From Caulobacterales bacterium (GTDB lineage: Bacteria > Pseudomonadota > Alphaproteobacteria > Caulobacterales > Caulobacteraceae), in the NCBI GenBank assembly GCA_027312185.1, contig DAICXL010000001.1, positions 1 through 51,148 of the forward strand: DNA of 51,148 nucleotides, written 5' to 3'. The notes beneath the pieces are model-generated. The model was not told the DNA's origin, did not search any database, and saw nothing but the letters and a program-made list of their open reading frames with translations. The first letter of the stretch is position 1, and every line of letters starts with the position of its first letter. Shown piece after piece: positions 26,225 through 34,659 of this stretch. A program made the position numbers and the translations under genes.

Positions 26225-26478
26225 TTGGCGCGAGCTTAGCGTCCGCGGCGGGGGCTATCAATCGCGCGATGAGGGGCGAAGCGGCCCTTGCACAACCCCC
26301 GATGGTTATTTTCCCTGTTCGCCTCCGCATTGTGGAGCCACCATGATTAACTTGTAAGTTTCTATAAAGCCTCAGTTCTTCCACACTCCCTCCCCGATCT
26401 AATCTGAGAAGCAGCGGGCCTGTTCGCACCGTCTTAACCTCGAGTTCTTAGCTTCCGCGGCTCGCCGGGAGCGTCAGT

Positions 26479-26694
26479 ATGCCGACAGAAGATGAAGTGA
26501 GGGCGGAGGTTCACGCCCTGTGGACCGCGCTGTTCGGAGAACCGCCGATCGTCGAGGCGGCGCCCGCCGTCCTGCTCGACGTGCTGATCGCCTCGCTCCC
26601 GAAAGCGGACTACACGCCGCCCACGGCCCTGGCGCCCCCGCGCCCCTCGGCCGCCCCCCGTGAAGCCGCGCCTGCCGCGAGACGCGCCGGCTGA
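26479..26694 (+). CDS. Small hypothetical protein (71 aa)
   Basis: GGGAG lies 8 nt before the ATG. Third-position G/C bias is strong through most of the ORF. No recognisable domain. Convergent with the FHA gene, 13-bp gap. Confidence 0.4.
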   Translation: MPTEDEVRAEVHALWTALFGEPPIVEAAPAVLLDVLIASLPKADYTPPTALAPPRPSAAPREAAPAARRAG

Positions 26695-26707
26695 GCTCGC
26701 TCGCCGG

Positions 26708-27658
26708 TCAGTCCGCGCGGGGACTTTCGCGGCCCTCGTCCGCATAGGCTTCGCGGAAGGCCGGGCCGCCGATCTTGCCGCCCAGCTCCTTGCACGCCTT
26801 GGCGTGGACGCGGCGGTATTCGGCCCACAGCGCCTCGGACCTGTTCTTCATGAACATCGACTGGCCCTGGAGGGCGTCGGCGACGGCGTCGGGCGAGAGG
26901 TCGGCCAGGAGCGCGTCGATCACCGCCTGCGCGCCTGCCGCTTGCCGCACCTGGTGGTCCCCCACGTCCTCGAACGAGGCGCGTACGGCCGCGTCGCTGC
27001 TGAGGAAGCCCTCCTGCCGCGCCTGCAGCAGGTCTATGGCCACGCGCTGAGGCGGCGCCCAGCGGAACGGATTGTTGTCCAGCGCCTGGACGGACGTCCA
27101 TTCCAGACCGTGCTCGGCCTTGGCCCGGGTCCGCTCGTCCACCAGCTTACCTAGTCCCTGGACCATCTCGCGGTAGACTGCGCCCAGACGGCGCATCACC
27201 TCGGTGGGGTCCTCGGCCGAGAGCACCGAGGAATCGATCTGGGCGCCGCTGCAGAAGGCGTCGAGGAGCCGCCCCGCCTGGGTCTCGTCGGCGGGGGGCG
27301 GGATGGTCGTGGCCGGCGCCGGCTCGGCGAGCGCGGCCTGCGGCGGCTGGGCCTCGATGCGGATCAGGAAGGCGCCGAGAACGACCGCGTCGCCGATGTT
27401 CACCGGCGTCGGCGTCTTGGCCGGCAGCCGCTCGCCCCCGATCAGCGAGACGCCGTTGGTGCTGTCGTCGCGCACGCTCACCACGCCGTCCTTGAGGGCG
27501 AACAGGCAGTGCCGGCGCGACAGGGTCCGGGTCGGGTCGTCGATGGCCCAGTCGGCGCCCTTGTCGCGGCCGACCACGATCTCGCCCTCGGCCAGCACGC
27601 GGCTGGCCAGTTCGATCGCCGGGGCGTCGGCCTCAAAGAGCCGCAGGACCACCGTCAT
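26708..27658 (-). CDS. FHA-domain protein, TagH (T6SS-associated FHA protein)-like architecture
   Basis: N-terminal FHA: GEIVVGRDKGADWAIDDPTRTLSRRHCLFALKDGVVSVRDDSTNGVSLIG. The C-terminal half shows the pattern I associate with TagH/ImpI: LLDAF..GA...EDP..., NNPFRW, FEDVGDHQ, FREAYADE. ATG 27658 overlaps the EAL gene stop (ATGA). Confidence 0.7.
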   Translation of the reverse strand: MTVVLRLFEADAPAIELASRVLAEGEIVVGRDKGADWAIDDPTRTLSRRHCLFALKDGVVSVRDDSTNGVSLIGGERLPAKTPTPVNIGDAVVLGAFLIRIEAQPPQAALAEPAPATTIPPPADETQAGRLLDAFCSGAQIDSSVLSAEDPTEVMRRLGAVYREMVQGLGKLVDERTRAKAEHGLEWTSVQALDNNPFRWAPPQRVAIDLLQARQEGFLSSDAAVRASFEDVGDHQVRQAAGAQAVIDALLADLSPDAVADALQGQSMFMKNRSEALWAEYRRVHAKACKELGGKIGGPAFREAYADEGRESPRAD

Positions 27659-29334
27659 CCGACGGCCTTTCGCGGCAGGCGCGTGGGCTCCGGCGCCAGA
27701 CGGCCCAGCCACGCCTGGTCACGGGCGGCGGTCACGAAGGCGGCGGCGGCGAGGGGGCGCGAGAAGTAATAGCCCTGGAACAGCCGGCACCCCATCTCGC
27801 GCAGGGCCTCGACCTCTTCGGCCGTCTCCACCCCTTCGGCGAGCAGTTGGATGTCGAGACCGCGGGCCAGGGCGATCAAGGCGGCGCAGATGGCGCGGCT
27901 GTCGCGGCGCTTATCCACGTCTGTGACGAACTCGCGGTCGATCTTCAGCTTCGAGAACGGCAGGTTCTTCAGATAGCTCAGGCTGGAATAGCCGGCGCCG
28001 AAGTCGTCGATGGCGACGCTGACGCCTTGCGAACGCAGCTCGCCCAGCAGGCGGCGGATATGGTCGGCGTCTTCCATCGCCGCCGTCTCGGTCAGTTCCA
28101 GCTCCAGGCAGGACGAGGCCATGCCGTGACGCTCCAGCGTCCGCATCACCATCTCGCTCAGGCGGGGATCGCGGCATTGGGTGGCCGACAGGTTCACGGC
28201 GATCTTGAGGTCGTCCAGCCCCTGGCCGCGCCAGGCGCAGGCCTCTCGGCAGGCGGTGTTGAGCACCCAAAGGCCGACCTCGGCCATCATCGGCGACTGT
28301 TCGAGGATGGGAATGAACTGGTTCGGGGCGACCAGGCCCAGCTTGGGATGGCGCCAGCGCAGCAGGGCTTCGGCCCCGACCATCCGGCCGGCCTCGACGT
28401 CGACCACGGGCTGGTAGTGCAGCAGCAGTTCGTCGCGGCTGACGACGCCGCGCAGATCCTGCTCGAGAGAGAAGCGGTCGCGGGCCGCGGCCGAGCCCTG
28501 GGCGGAGAAGAAGGCCACCTTCTGGCCGGCGGTACGGCCGATCTCCAGGGCGGCGATGGCGCGGGTGAGCAGTTCGGCCGGGGCGGTCCCGTCCTCGGGA
28601 AACACGGCGGCGCCGATGGCGATGCCAGGAGTCAGGGTCAGGTCGCCGGCCTTGAGCTCCTGGCCCAGCACATAGGCGAGGGCCTGCATCTCCTGCGCGG
28701 CCGCCTGCTGGCCCTGGGCGCCGCGGAACCAGACCGCGAAGCAGTCGCGGTCCGCCTGAGCCACAGGACGGGAGGGGGGAACCGAGGCGCGAAGCCGTCC
28801 GGCGAAGGCGCGCAGGGCGAGATCCGCGGCGGCCTGGTCGAAGGCGGCGAGGCGGTCGTAGTCGGCGAACCGCACCACGCCCAGCACCACGGGGCCCGCG
28901 GCGTCCTGCACGTCGCCGATCAGCTCGGCCAGGAACGGCTCGCGGGTCGGCAGGCCGGAGACCGGATGGCGGTTGGTCAGGCGCTGGCGCATTCCGTCGA
29001 TCCGGACGCCCAGCTCGGTCACGGCGCCGACCATGCCGCCGGCGCCCTTGGGATTGGGGGCGGCCCGCGGTTCGTCGTCGGTCTCGGGGGCCTCGTCAGC
29101 CAGGCAGGCGCGCAGGCCCCGCGCCACGGCGGCCAGAGGGCGGACCAGATAAGCGAGGAAGAGAAGGGCCAGCAGGCTGGCGCCCAGGGCCACGAAGACG
29201 GGGCCGACCGGCCCGTCCCGCGTCCACAGGACCAGGGCGGGAAACCCCGCCGCAAGCACGGCGCACGCCACGACCGCCGCCGGAAAGCGGTGGACGGGCG
29301 GGGCCAGCTCAGCAGTGGAAGACGTCTTCTGCAT
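27655..29334 (-). CDS. Membrane-anchored degenerate-GGDEF / EAL protein (probable c-di-GMP phosphodiesterase)
   Basis: Two N-terminal TM helices. The GGDEF position reads DRDCF (nt 28738-28752), and the upstream metal/GTP-contact residues also diverge. The EAL domain is intact: GAEALLRW, NLS, ELTE, DDFGAGYSS, KIDREF, EGVE, QGYYF. Confidence 0.85.
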   Translation of the reverse strand: MQKTSSTAELAPPVHRFPAAVVACAVLAAGFPALVLWTRDGPVGPVFVALGASLLALLFLAYLVRPLAAVARGLRACLADEAPETDDEPRAAPNPKGAGGMVGAVTELGVRIDGMRQRLTNRHPVSGLPTREPFLAELIGDVQDAAGPVVLGVVRFADYDRLAAFDQAAADLALRAFAGRLRASVPPSRPVAQADRDCFAVWFRGAQGQQAAAQEMQALAYVLGQELKAGDLTLTPGIAIGAAVFPEDGTAPAELLTRAIAALEIGRTAGQKVAFFSAQGSAAARDRFSLEQDLRGVVSRDELLLHYQPVVDVEAGRMVGAEALLRWRHPKLGLVAPNQFIPILEQSPMMAEVGLWVLNTACREACAWRGQGLDDLKIAVNLSATQCRDPRLSEMVMRTLERHGMASSCLELELTETAAMEDADHIRRLLGELRSQGVSVAIDDFGAGYSSLSYLKNLPFSKLKIDREFVTDVDKRRDSRAICAALIALARGLDIQLLAEGVETAEEVEALREMGCRLFQGYYFSRPLAAAAFVTAARDQAWLGRLAPEPTRLPRKAVG

Positions 29335-29426
29335 CTACTGCATCGGGTCTCGGTTTACACGCACACCCTAATCTCAAGGTGCTTCCGCGAGATGAACGGC
29401 GATGCTTAACCCGGTCGAAAGCCTGG

Positions 29427-29441
29427 CCTGTTAACAACAGG
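29427..29441. promoter_or_regulatory. Candidate operator CCTGTT-aac-AACAGG in the divergent EAL / kinase spacer
   Basis: Perfect 6-3-6 dyad in the 151-bp AT-richer spacer between starts 29334 (-) and 29486 (+). Confidence 0.25.
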
Positions 29442-29485
29442 GCTGAACTGAGGGGCGACATGCGGCTGTCGACGGACACTTCAAC

Positions 29486-31195
29486 ATGCAAGCACGGGCC
29501 GGGATCATGGCGGTGAACGCGCTTCCTGCCGACGACGAGCGGACGGTCTTCCAGCCGGAAACCTCGCAGCCGGCGACCGATGGACCCGCCCCGCCGCCGC
29601 GTCACGGCCGCAGCGGCTTGCCGGCCGGCACGCTCCTGAACAACATCTATGAAGTCCGCCGCTTCCTGGCCCGCGGCGGCATGGGCGAGGTGTACGAGGG
29701 CGTCAACGTCAACACCGACGAGCGCGTCGCCATCAAGGTGATGCTGCCGCACCTGGCCGCCGACCCCAAGGTCCAGGCCATGTTCCGCAAGGAGGCGCGC
29801 ATCCTGACGGAGCTCGCCCACCCGGCCCTGGTGCGCTACCGCGTCCTGGCGCACGAGCCGGATCTCGAGCTCTTCTACATCGTCACCGAGTTCATCGACG
29901 GGCGCTCCCTGTCCGACCTCCTGGGCGAGATCCGCCCCACGGCCGACCAGTTGAAGGCCCTGATCCGACGCCTCGCCGAGGGCCTCGCAGCCGCCCACGC
30001 CATGGGCGCGACGCACCGGGACATGTCGCCGGACAACGTGCTTCTGCCCCATGGCCGGCTCGACCAGGCCAAGATCATCGACTTCGGCATCGCCCGCGAA
30101 ACCAGCCTTTCGCACCAGACCGTCGTCGGCGAAGGCTTCGCCGGCAAGCTGGGCTATGTGGCGCCCGAGCAGTTCGGCGACTTCGGCCGCCGTATCGGTC
30201 CGTGGACCGACATCTACAGCCTGGGCCTCGTCGGCCTGGCCCTGGCCTCCGAGCGCGCGCCGGACATGGGGGTCACCCTGGTCGACGCGGTCGACCGCCG
30301 CCGCCAGGGCATGGACCTCGATTCCGTGCCCTCATCCCTGCGGCCGATCTTCAGGAAGATGCTGGCGCCGGATCCCAGCCATCGGTTCCAGACCATGGCC
30401 GAGGTGATCGCGGCCGTGGACGCAGTCGGCCAGCCCGCTCCTCCCCCCTCCCCAGCCGTTACGGCCCCATCCTTCATGCAAGCCGCGCAGCCCCCAGCCG
30501 CGCAGCCCGGGCCGGCGCCTCTGACGGCCGGGCTTTCGGAGGATTCCGAGCCCGCGTCCCACGGGGCGAAAGGGTGGCTGATCGGCGGCGCCGCTCTCGC
30601 GATCGTGGCCGCCGTCGCCGTCGTCGTCGGGATGGGCGGCCAGCCCAAGCCCAAGGCCGGACCGCTGGAAAACGTCGTGCCCATCGGCCCCGCGATCATC
30701 GAGGGGCCCATCCCCGAAGCGGTCCCCCTCGGGGCCACGCCCGAAACGGGCGCCGAAACGGGGACGTCCGCTGAGACCCCGGCCGTCCCCGCCACGGCGC
30801 CGGCCCTCGCCAAGCCGAAGCGGCCGCCGCCCGGCCAGGCCCGCGGCGAGGTGGTGATGGCCACGCCCGCACCGATAGCCCCGCCCCAGATCGTCGCCGC
30901 GGCGCCGATCGCCTTGCCTGCTCCGGTGGAGCCTGTCGCGGCTACCGCATCGGCCGCCGAAAAAGGCGTCGAGGCCTGCTGGCGCGCGACAGGCGGCGAG
31001 TGGAGCTACATCGGCTACGCCGCCCGTTCGAGCTGCGCCGCCCAGGCCTTCAACAGCTGCCAGGTGGTGCACGGCCGCTGGGGCAAGACCCGGATGCGGC
31101 GCTACGACGGCAAGCTGCAGGCCAAGGGGACCGGGCTGCTGGCCAAGTGGCAGACTGTGGGAACCTCGCACTGCCCCGCCGGCGCTGCGCCGTGA
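29486..31195 (+). CDS. Hanks-type Ser/Thr protein kinase with one TM helix and an extracytoplasmic Pro/Ala-rich linker plus 4-Cys C-terminal domain
   Basis: GGMGEVY, VAIK, HRDMSPDN, DFGIA and GYVAPEQ are all intact. TM helix is WLIGGAALAIVAAVAVVVGMGG (aa 363-384). Cys498/517/525/563 sit in the last 75 aa. ATG 29507 is an alternative start. Confidence 0.85.
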   Translation: MQARAGIMAVNALPADDERTVFQPETSQPATDGPAPPPRHGRSGLPAGTLLNNIYEVRRFLARGGMGEVYEGVNVNTDERVAIKVMLPHLAADPKVQAMFRKEARILTELAHPALVRYRVLAHEPDLELFYIVTEFIDGRSLSDLLGEIRPTADQLKALIRRLAEGLAAAHAMGATHRDMSPDNVLLPHGRLDQAKIIDFGIARETSLSHQTVVGEGFAGKLGYVAPEQFGDFGRRIGPWTDIYSLGLVGLALASERAPDMGVTLVDAVDRRRQGMDLDSVPSSLRPIFRKMLAPDPSHRFQTMAEVIAAVDAVGQPAPPPSPAVTAPSFMQAAQPPAAQPGPAPLTAGLSEDSEPASHGAKGWLIGGAALAIVAAVAVVVGMGGQPKPKAGPLENVVPIGPAIIEGPIPEAVPLGATPETGAETGTSAETPAVPATAPALAKPKRPPPGQARGEVVMATPAPIAPPQIVAAAPIALPAPVEPVAATASAAEKGVEACWRATGGEWSYIGYAARSSCAAQAFNSCQVVHGRWGKTRMRRYDGKLQAKGTGLLAKWQTVGTSHCPAGAAP

Positions 31196-31938
31196 GCCGC
31201 GCCATGGCGCTCAGCCCCGCGCCCCGGCGGGGCGCGACCGCCGCCGCCCGCACCGACGTCGGCCTGGTCCGCGGCTCCAACGAAGACGCCTTCCTGACCC
31301 GATCCGCCGCCGGCCTGTGGGCCGTCGCCGACGGGATGGGCGGCCACGAGGACGGCGAATGGGCCGCCGCCGCCATCGTTCGCGCCCTGGACGATATCGC
31401 CATCCTCGGGGACTTCGAGGCCGACCGCACCGCGGTGGCGCAGGGCGTCCTCGCCGCCAACGCCGTCATCCACCAGCGGGCCCAGGCCTACCGCCTGCGC
31501 ATGGGCTCCACCGTCGTGGCCCTCCTGGTCGGCGACGACCGCTTCGCCGTGGTCTGGGCCGGCGACAGCCGCGCCTACCGGCTGCGGGACGGCGCCCTGG
31601 TCCAGCTCACCACCGACCACACCCAAGTCCAGGCCAAGGTCGCCCGCGGCGAGATGACCGTCGCCGAAGCGCGGGTGCATCCGATGGCCCATGTGCTGAG
31701 CCGCGCCGTCGGCGCGGAAGCCGACCTCAACCTTTCCAGCCTGGACGGCGACGTCCAGGCCGGCGACGTCTTCCTGCTGTGCAGCGACGGCCTCCACGGG
31801 ATCGTGTCGGGTCCGGAGATCGCCGCCGCCCTCGCCCAAGGTGCCCCGGACCAGGCCTGCGAGCAGCTGGTCGCCCGCTGCCACGCCAGGGGCGCCCCGG
31901 ACAACATCACCTTGGTGATCGTCGCCGCCGGGGCCTGA
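31192..31938 (+). CDS. PP2C-family Ser/Thr protein phosphatase
   Basis: RTDVGLVRGSNEDAF, ADGMGGH, LLCSDGLHG and DNITLVIV motifs. GTG 31192 overlaps the kinase stop (GTGA). ATG 31204 is the alternative start. Confidence 0.85.
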   Translation: MSRAMALSPAPRRGATAAARTDVGLVRGSNEDAFLTRSAAGLWAVADGMGGHEDGEWAAAAIVRALDDIAILGDFEADRTAVAQGVLAANAVIHQRAQAYRLRMGSTVVALLVGDDRFAVVWAGDSRAYRLRDGALVQLTTDHTQVQAKVARGEMTVAEARVHPMAHVLSRAVGAEADLNLSSLDGDVQAGDVFLLCSDGLHGIVSGPEIAAALAQGAPDQACEQLVARCHARGAPDNITLVIVAAGA

Positions 31939-31996
31939 TCGGCGGCCTTGATCCGCCGCCGCTTCCAATCGGGCGGCGAGCGGCTACATAGCGGCC

Positions 31997-33631
31997 ATGC
32001 TGCGCCTGACCCAACTGACGCTGCCCCTGGGCCATCCCCCCGAGGCGCTGGCCGACGCGATCACCCTGCGGCTGGGCGTGCCGGCGGCGGACGTGCTGTC
32101 CTGGTCGTTGTGGCGGCGCGCCCACGACGCCCGCCGCAAGTCGGCGATCCTGATGGTCTATACGGTGGACGTGGCCGTGCGGGACGAGGCCGAGGTGCTG
32201 GACCGCCTCGCCGCCGACACCCGGGTGGCCTCGACGCCGGACACCGGTTACCGCCCCGTGGCGCAGGCGCCCGCCGATGGGCTTCGGCCGGTGGTGATCG
32301 GGGCCGGGCCGTGCGGCCTGTTCGCCGGGCTGATCCTGGCCGAGATGGGCTTTAACCCGATCATCCTCGACCGCGGCAAGGTGGTGCGTGAACGCACCAA
32401 GGACACCTGGGGCCTGTGGCGCAAGGGCAAGCTGGACCCGGAATCCAACGTCCAGTTCGGCGAGGGCGGGGCCGGCACCTTCTCCGACGGCAAGCTCTAC
32501 AGCCAGATCAAGGACCCGCGCTTCCTGGCCCGCAAGGTGCTGACCGAATTCGTCGAGGCCGGCGCGCCCGAGGAGATCCTGACCGAGGCCCACCCCCACA
32601 TCGGCACCTTCCGCCTCGTCACCATGGTCGAGGCCATGCGGCGCAAGATCGAGGCCTTTGGCGGCGAGTACCGCTTCGAGCGCCGGGTCACCGACATCGA
32701 GGTCGAGACCGGCGCGGACGGCGGGCGGCGCCTTCGCGGCCTGCACCTGCACACCGGCGAGTTCCTGCGGTGCGATCACGTGGTCCTAGCCGTCGGCCAC
32801 TCGGCCCGCGACACCTTCGAGATGCTGCACGCCCGCGGCGTCCACATCGAGGCCAAGCCGTTCTCGATCGGCTACCGAATCGAACATCCGCAGTCGTGGA
32901 TCGACAGGGCCCGCTTCGGGCCCTGCGCCGGCCATCCGGACCTGGGCGCGGCCGACTACGCCCTGTCGCATCACGGCAAGGACGGGCGCTCGGTCTACAG
33001 CTTCTGCATGTGCCCGGGCGGAACGGTGGTGGCGGCGGCGTCCGAGCCCGGCCGTGTCGTCACCAACGGCATGAGCCAGTACTCGCGCAACGAGCGCAAC
33101 GCCAACGCGGCCATCGTGGTCGGGATCACCCCCGCCGACTTCCCCAGCGACCACCCATTGGCCGGCGTCGCCCTGCAGCGACACTGGGAGGAGAAGGCCT
33201 TCGAGGCCGGCGGCGGGACCTATGCCGCGCCGGGGCAGAGGGTCGGCGACTTCCTGGCCGCCCGGCCGTCGACCGAGCTCGGGGCCGTGGCGCCTTCGTA
33301 CCGCCCGGGCGTCCGCCTCGGCGACCTCTCGACCGTCCTGCCCGACTATGCGGTCGCCGCCATCCGCGAAGCCATCCCGGTGTTCGGCCGCCAGATCCCC
33401 GGCTACGACGCGGCCGACGCCATGCTGACGGGGGTCGAAACCCGCACCTCCTCGCCGGTGCGCATCACCCGCGGCAAGGACCTGGTCAGCCTCAACACCC
33501 GCGGCCTGTTCCCCGCGGGCGAGGGCGCGGGCTACGCCGGCGGCATCCTCTCGGCGGCCGTCGACGGCATCAAGGTGGCCGAGGCCGTGGCCCTGTCCAT
33601 CGTCAACAAAGGCGGCGCCTCCGCGGCTTGA
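31997..33631 (+). CDS. FAD-dependent oxidoreductase (uncharacterised COG2509-type dehydrogenase)
   Basis: Dinucleotide motif VVIGAGPCGLFAGLILAEMG followed by FGEGGAGTFSDGKL and the C-terminal GLFPAGEGAGYAGGI, typical of this family. Confidence 0.8.
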   Translation: MLRLTQLTLPLGHPPEALADAITLRLGVPAADVLSWSLWRRAHDARRKSAILMVYTVDVAVRDEAEVLDRLAADTRVASTPDTGYRPVAQAPADGLRPVVIGAGPCGLFAGLILAEMGFNPIILDRGKVVRERTKDTWGLWRKGKLDPESNVQFGEGGAGTFSDGKLYSQIKDPRFLARKVLTEFVEAGAPEEILTEAHPHIGTFRLVTMVEAMRRKIEAFGGEYRFERRVTDIEVETGADGGRRLRGLHLHTGEFLRCDHVVLAVGHSARDTFEMLHARGVHIEAKPFSIGYRIEHPQSWIDRARFGPCAGHPDLGAADYALSHHGKDGRSVYSFCMCPGGTVVAAASEPGRVVTNGMSQYSRNERNANAAIVVGITPADFPSDHPLAGVALQRHWEEKAFEAGGGTYAAPGQRVGDFLAARPSTELGAVAPSYRPGVRLGDLSTVLPDYAVAAIREAIPVFGRQIPGYDAADAMLTGVETRTSSPVRITRGKDLVSLNTRGLFPAGEGAGYAGGILSAAVDGIKVAEAVALSIVNKGGASAA

Positions 33632-33703
33632 AGGCGCCACGATCCCGCCCCGGGTCGGTGCTCTTCTGAGGCCGACGAGTTTTAGTCGGCGACCGGAGGT
33701 GCG

Positions 33704-34462
33704 GTGCCCATACCCCCGCAGAACCTGCGCCGCCGGTCCAACAGGGCGGGGCGCCTGCTGGCCACCGCCGTCAGCGTGGCGGCCCACGGCGGCTTGGCGG
33801 TGGTGCTGTTCTCCACCTATGCCGGCACGCCCCCGACCCCGGAGCCCGAGCCGGTCAGCGTCACCCTGTTCGACGCCTTGCCGCCGTCGCCCAAGCCTGA
33901 CCCGGCGCCGGCGCCCCCCGCCCCCCAGGCGGCGCCCGTCCCCGAACCGCCCGCCGCGCCCAAGCCGACCCCGCGCCGCGACCCGCCGCCGAAAAAGTCC
34001 GCCATACGCAAGGCCAAGGTTCCGCCCCGGGTGGCGGCCATCGCCGCGCCGGAAGAGGCCGAGGAAGAGACCGTCGTCTCCGAGCTGAACGATTCAGAGC
34101 TGGGCGGAGCGACCACCGCCGGCTCGGGTCCGTCGGGGCGCGGCTGCGACATGGTGCGGGCGCTGGAAAACGCGCTGCGCAAGGACCGTCTGGTCCAGGC
34201 CGCCGTGGCGCAGGCCCATACGGGCAAGGCCATGCTGGTGTGGAACGGCGACTGGGTGAAGAGCCCCGGCCAGGAGGGCAAGGGCCTGGCCGCCGTGCGC
34301 CAGGCGATCATGTGGCAGGTGGCCTTCTCCCCCGAGCCCTGCCGGACCGAGCCGGTACGGGGCCTGGTGCTGATCTCGCTGCGAGACGGGCCTGGCGCCG
34401 CCCGCCTGGCCGTCGGCGGCGGCCAGTGGCGCTGGAGCGACCTTGTCAGCACGCGGCGCTGA
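33704..34462 (+). CDS. Membrane-anchored proline-rich protein (TonB-like N-terminus, unrelated C-terminal domain)
   Basis: GTG 33704 follows GGAGG. Single TM helix LLATAVSVAAHGGLAVVLF, then a long (P-x)n/PEP-type spacer. The C-terminal ~110 aa lacks the TonB C-terminal signature. Confidence 0.5.
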   Translation: MPIPPQNLRRRSNRAGRLLATAVSVAAHGGLAVVLFSTYAGTPPTPEPEPVSVTLFDALPPSPKPDPAPAPPAPQAAPVPEPPAAPKPTPRRDPPPKKSAIRKAKVPPRVAAIAAPEEAEEETVVSELNDSELGGATTAGSGPSGRGCDMVRALENALRKDRLVQAAVAQAHTGKAMLVWNGDWVKSPGQEGKGLAAVRQAIMWQVAFSPEPCRTEPVRGLVLISLRDGPGAARLAVGGGQWRWSDLVSTRR

Positions 34463-34659
34463 GGACTTGGCCCGTATTCGCTTCATTTGACAATTACCCA
34501 TCAATAACCGGTCACGCTCGTCACATTCCGCGACTGACGGATCGTACTGCGCTCGCTGATTTGCGCGATCCCTTGTGGCCGCCCCCGATCGGGTTATGAT
34601 CTTCGCGAGGCGACGCAAGCGCGCCCGGAGCCCGCGCAAAGCGGGCAGCGGAGGAAACG

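Noticed and set aside
29406-29435. Two TTAAC half-sites in the EAL/kinase divergent spacer as a CtrA box.
   Set aside because: The CtrA consensus is TTAA-N7-TTAAC. Here the half-sites are 20 nt apart.
26708-31938. Interpreting the FHA/kinase/PP2C genes as part of a type VI secretion locus.
   Set aside because: No TssA-M, Hcp, VgrG, PAAR or ClpV-like protein is encoded anywhere in the window. The flanks are an ABC importer and an FAD oxidoreductase.
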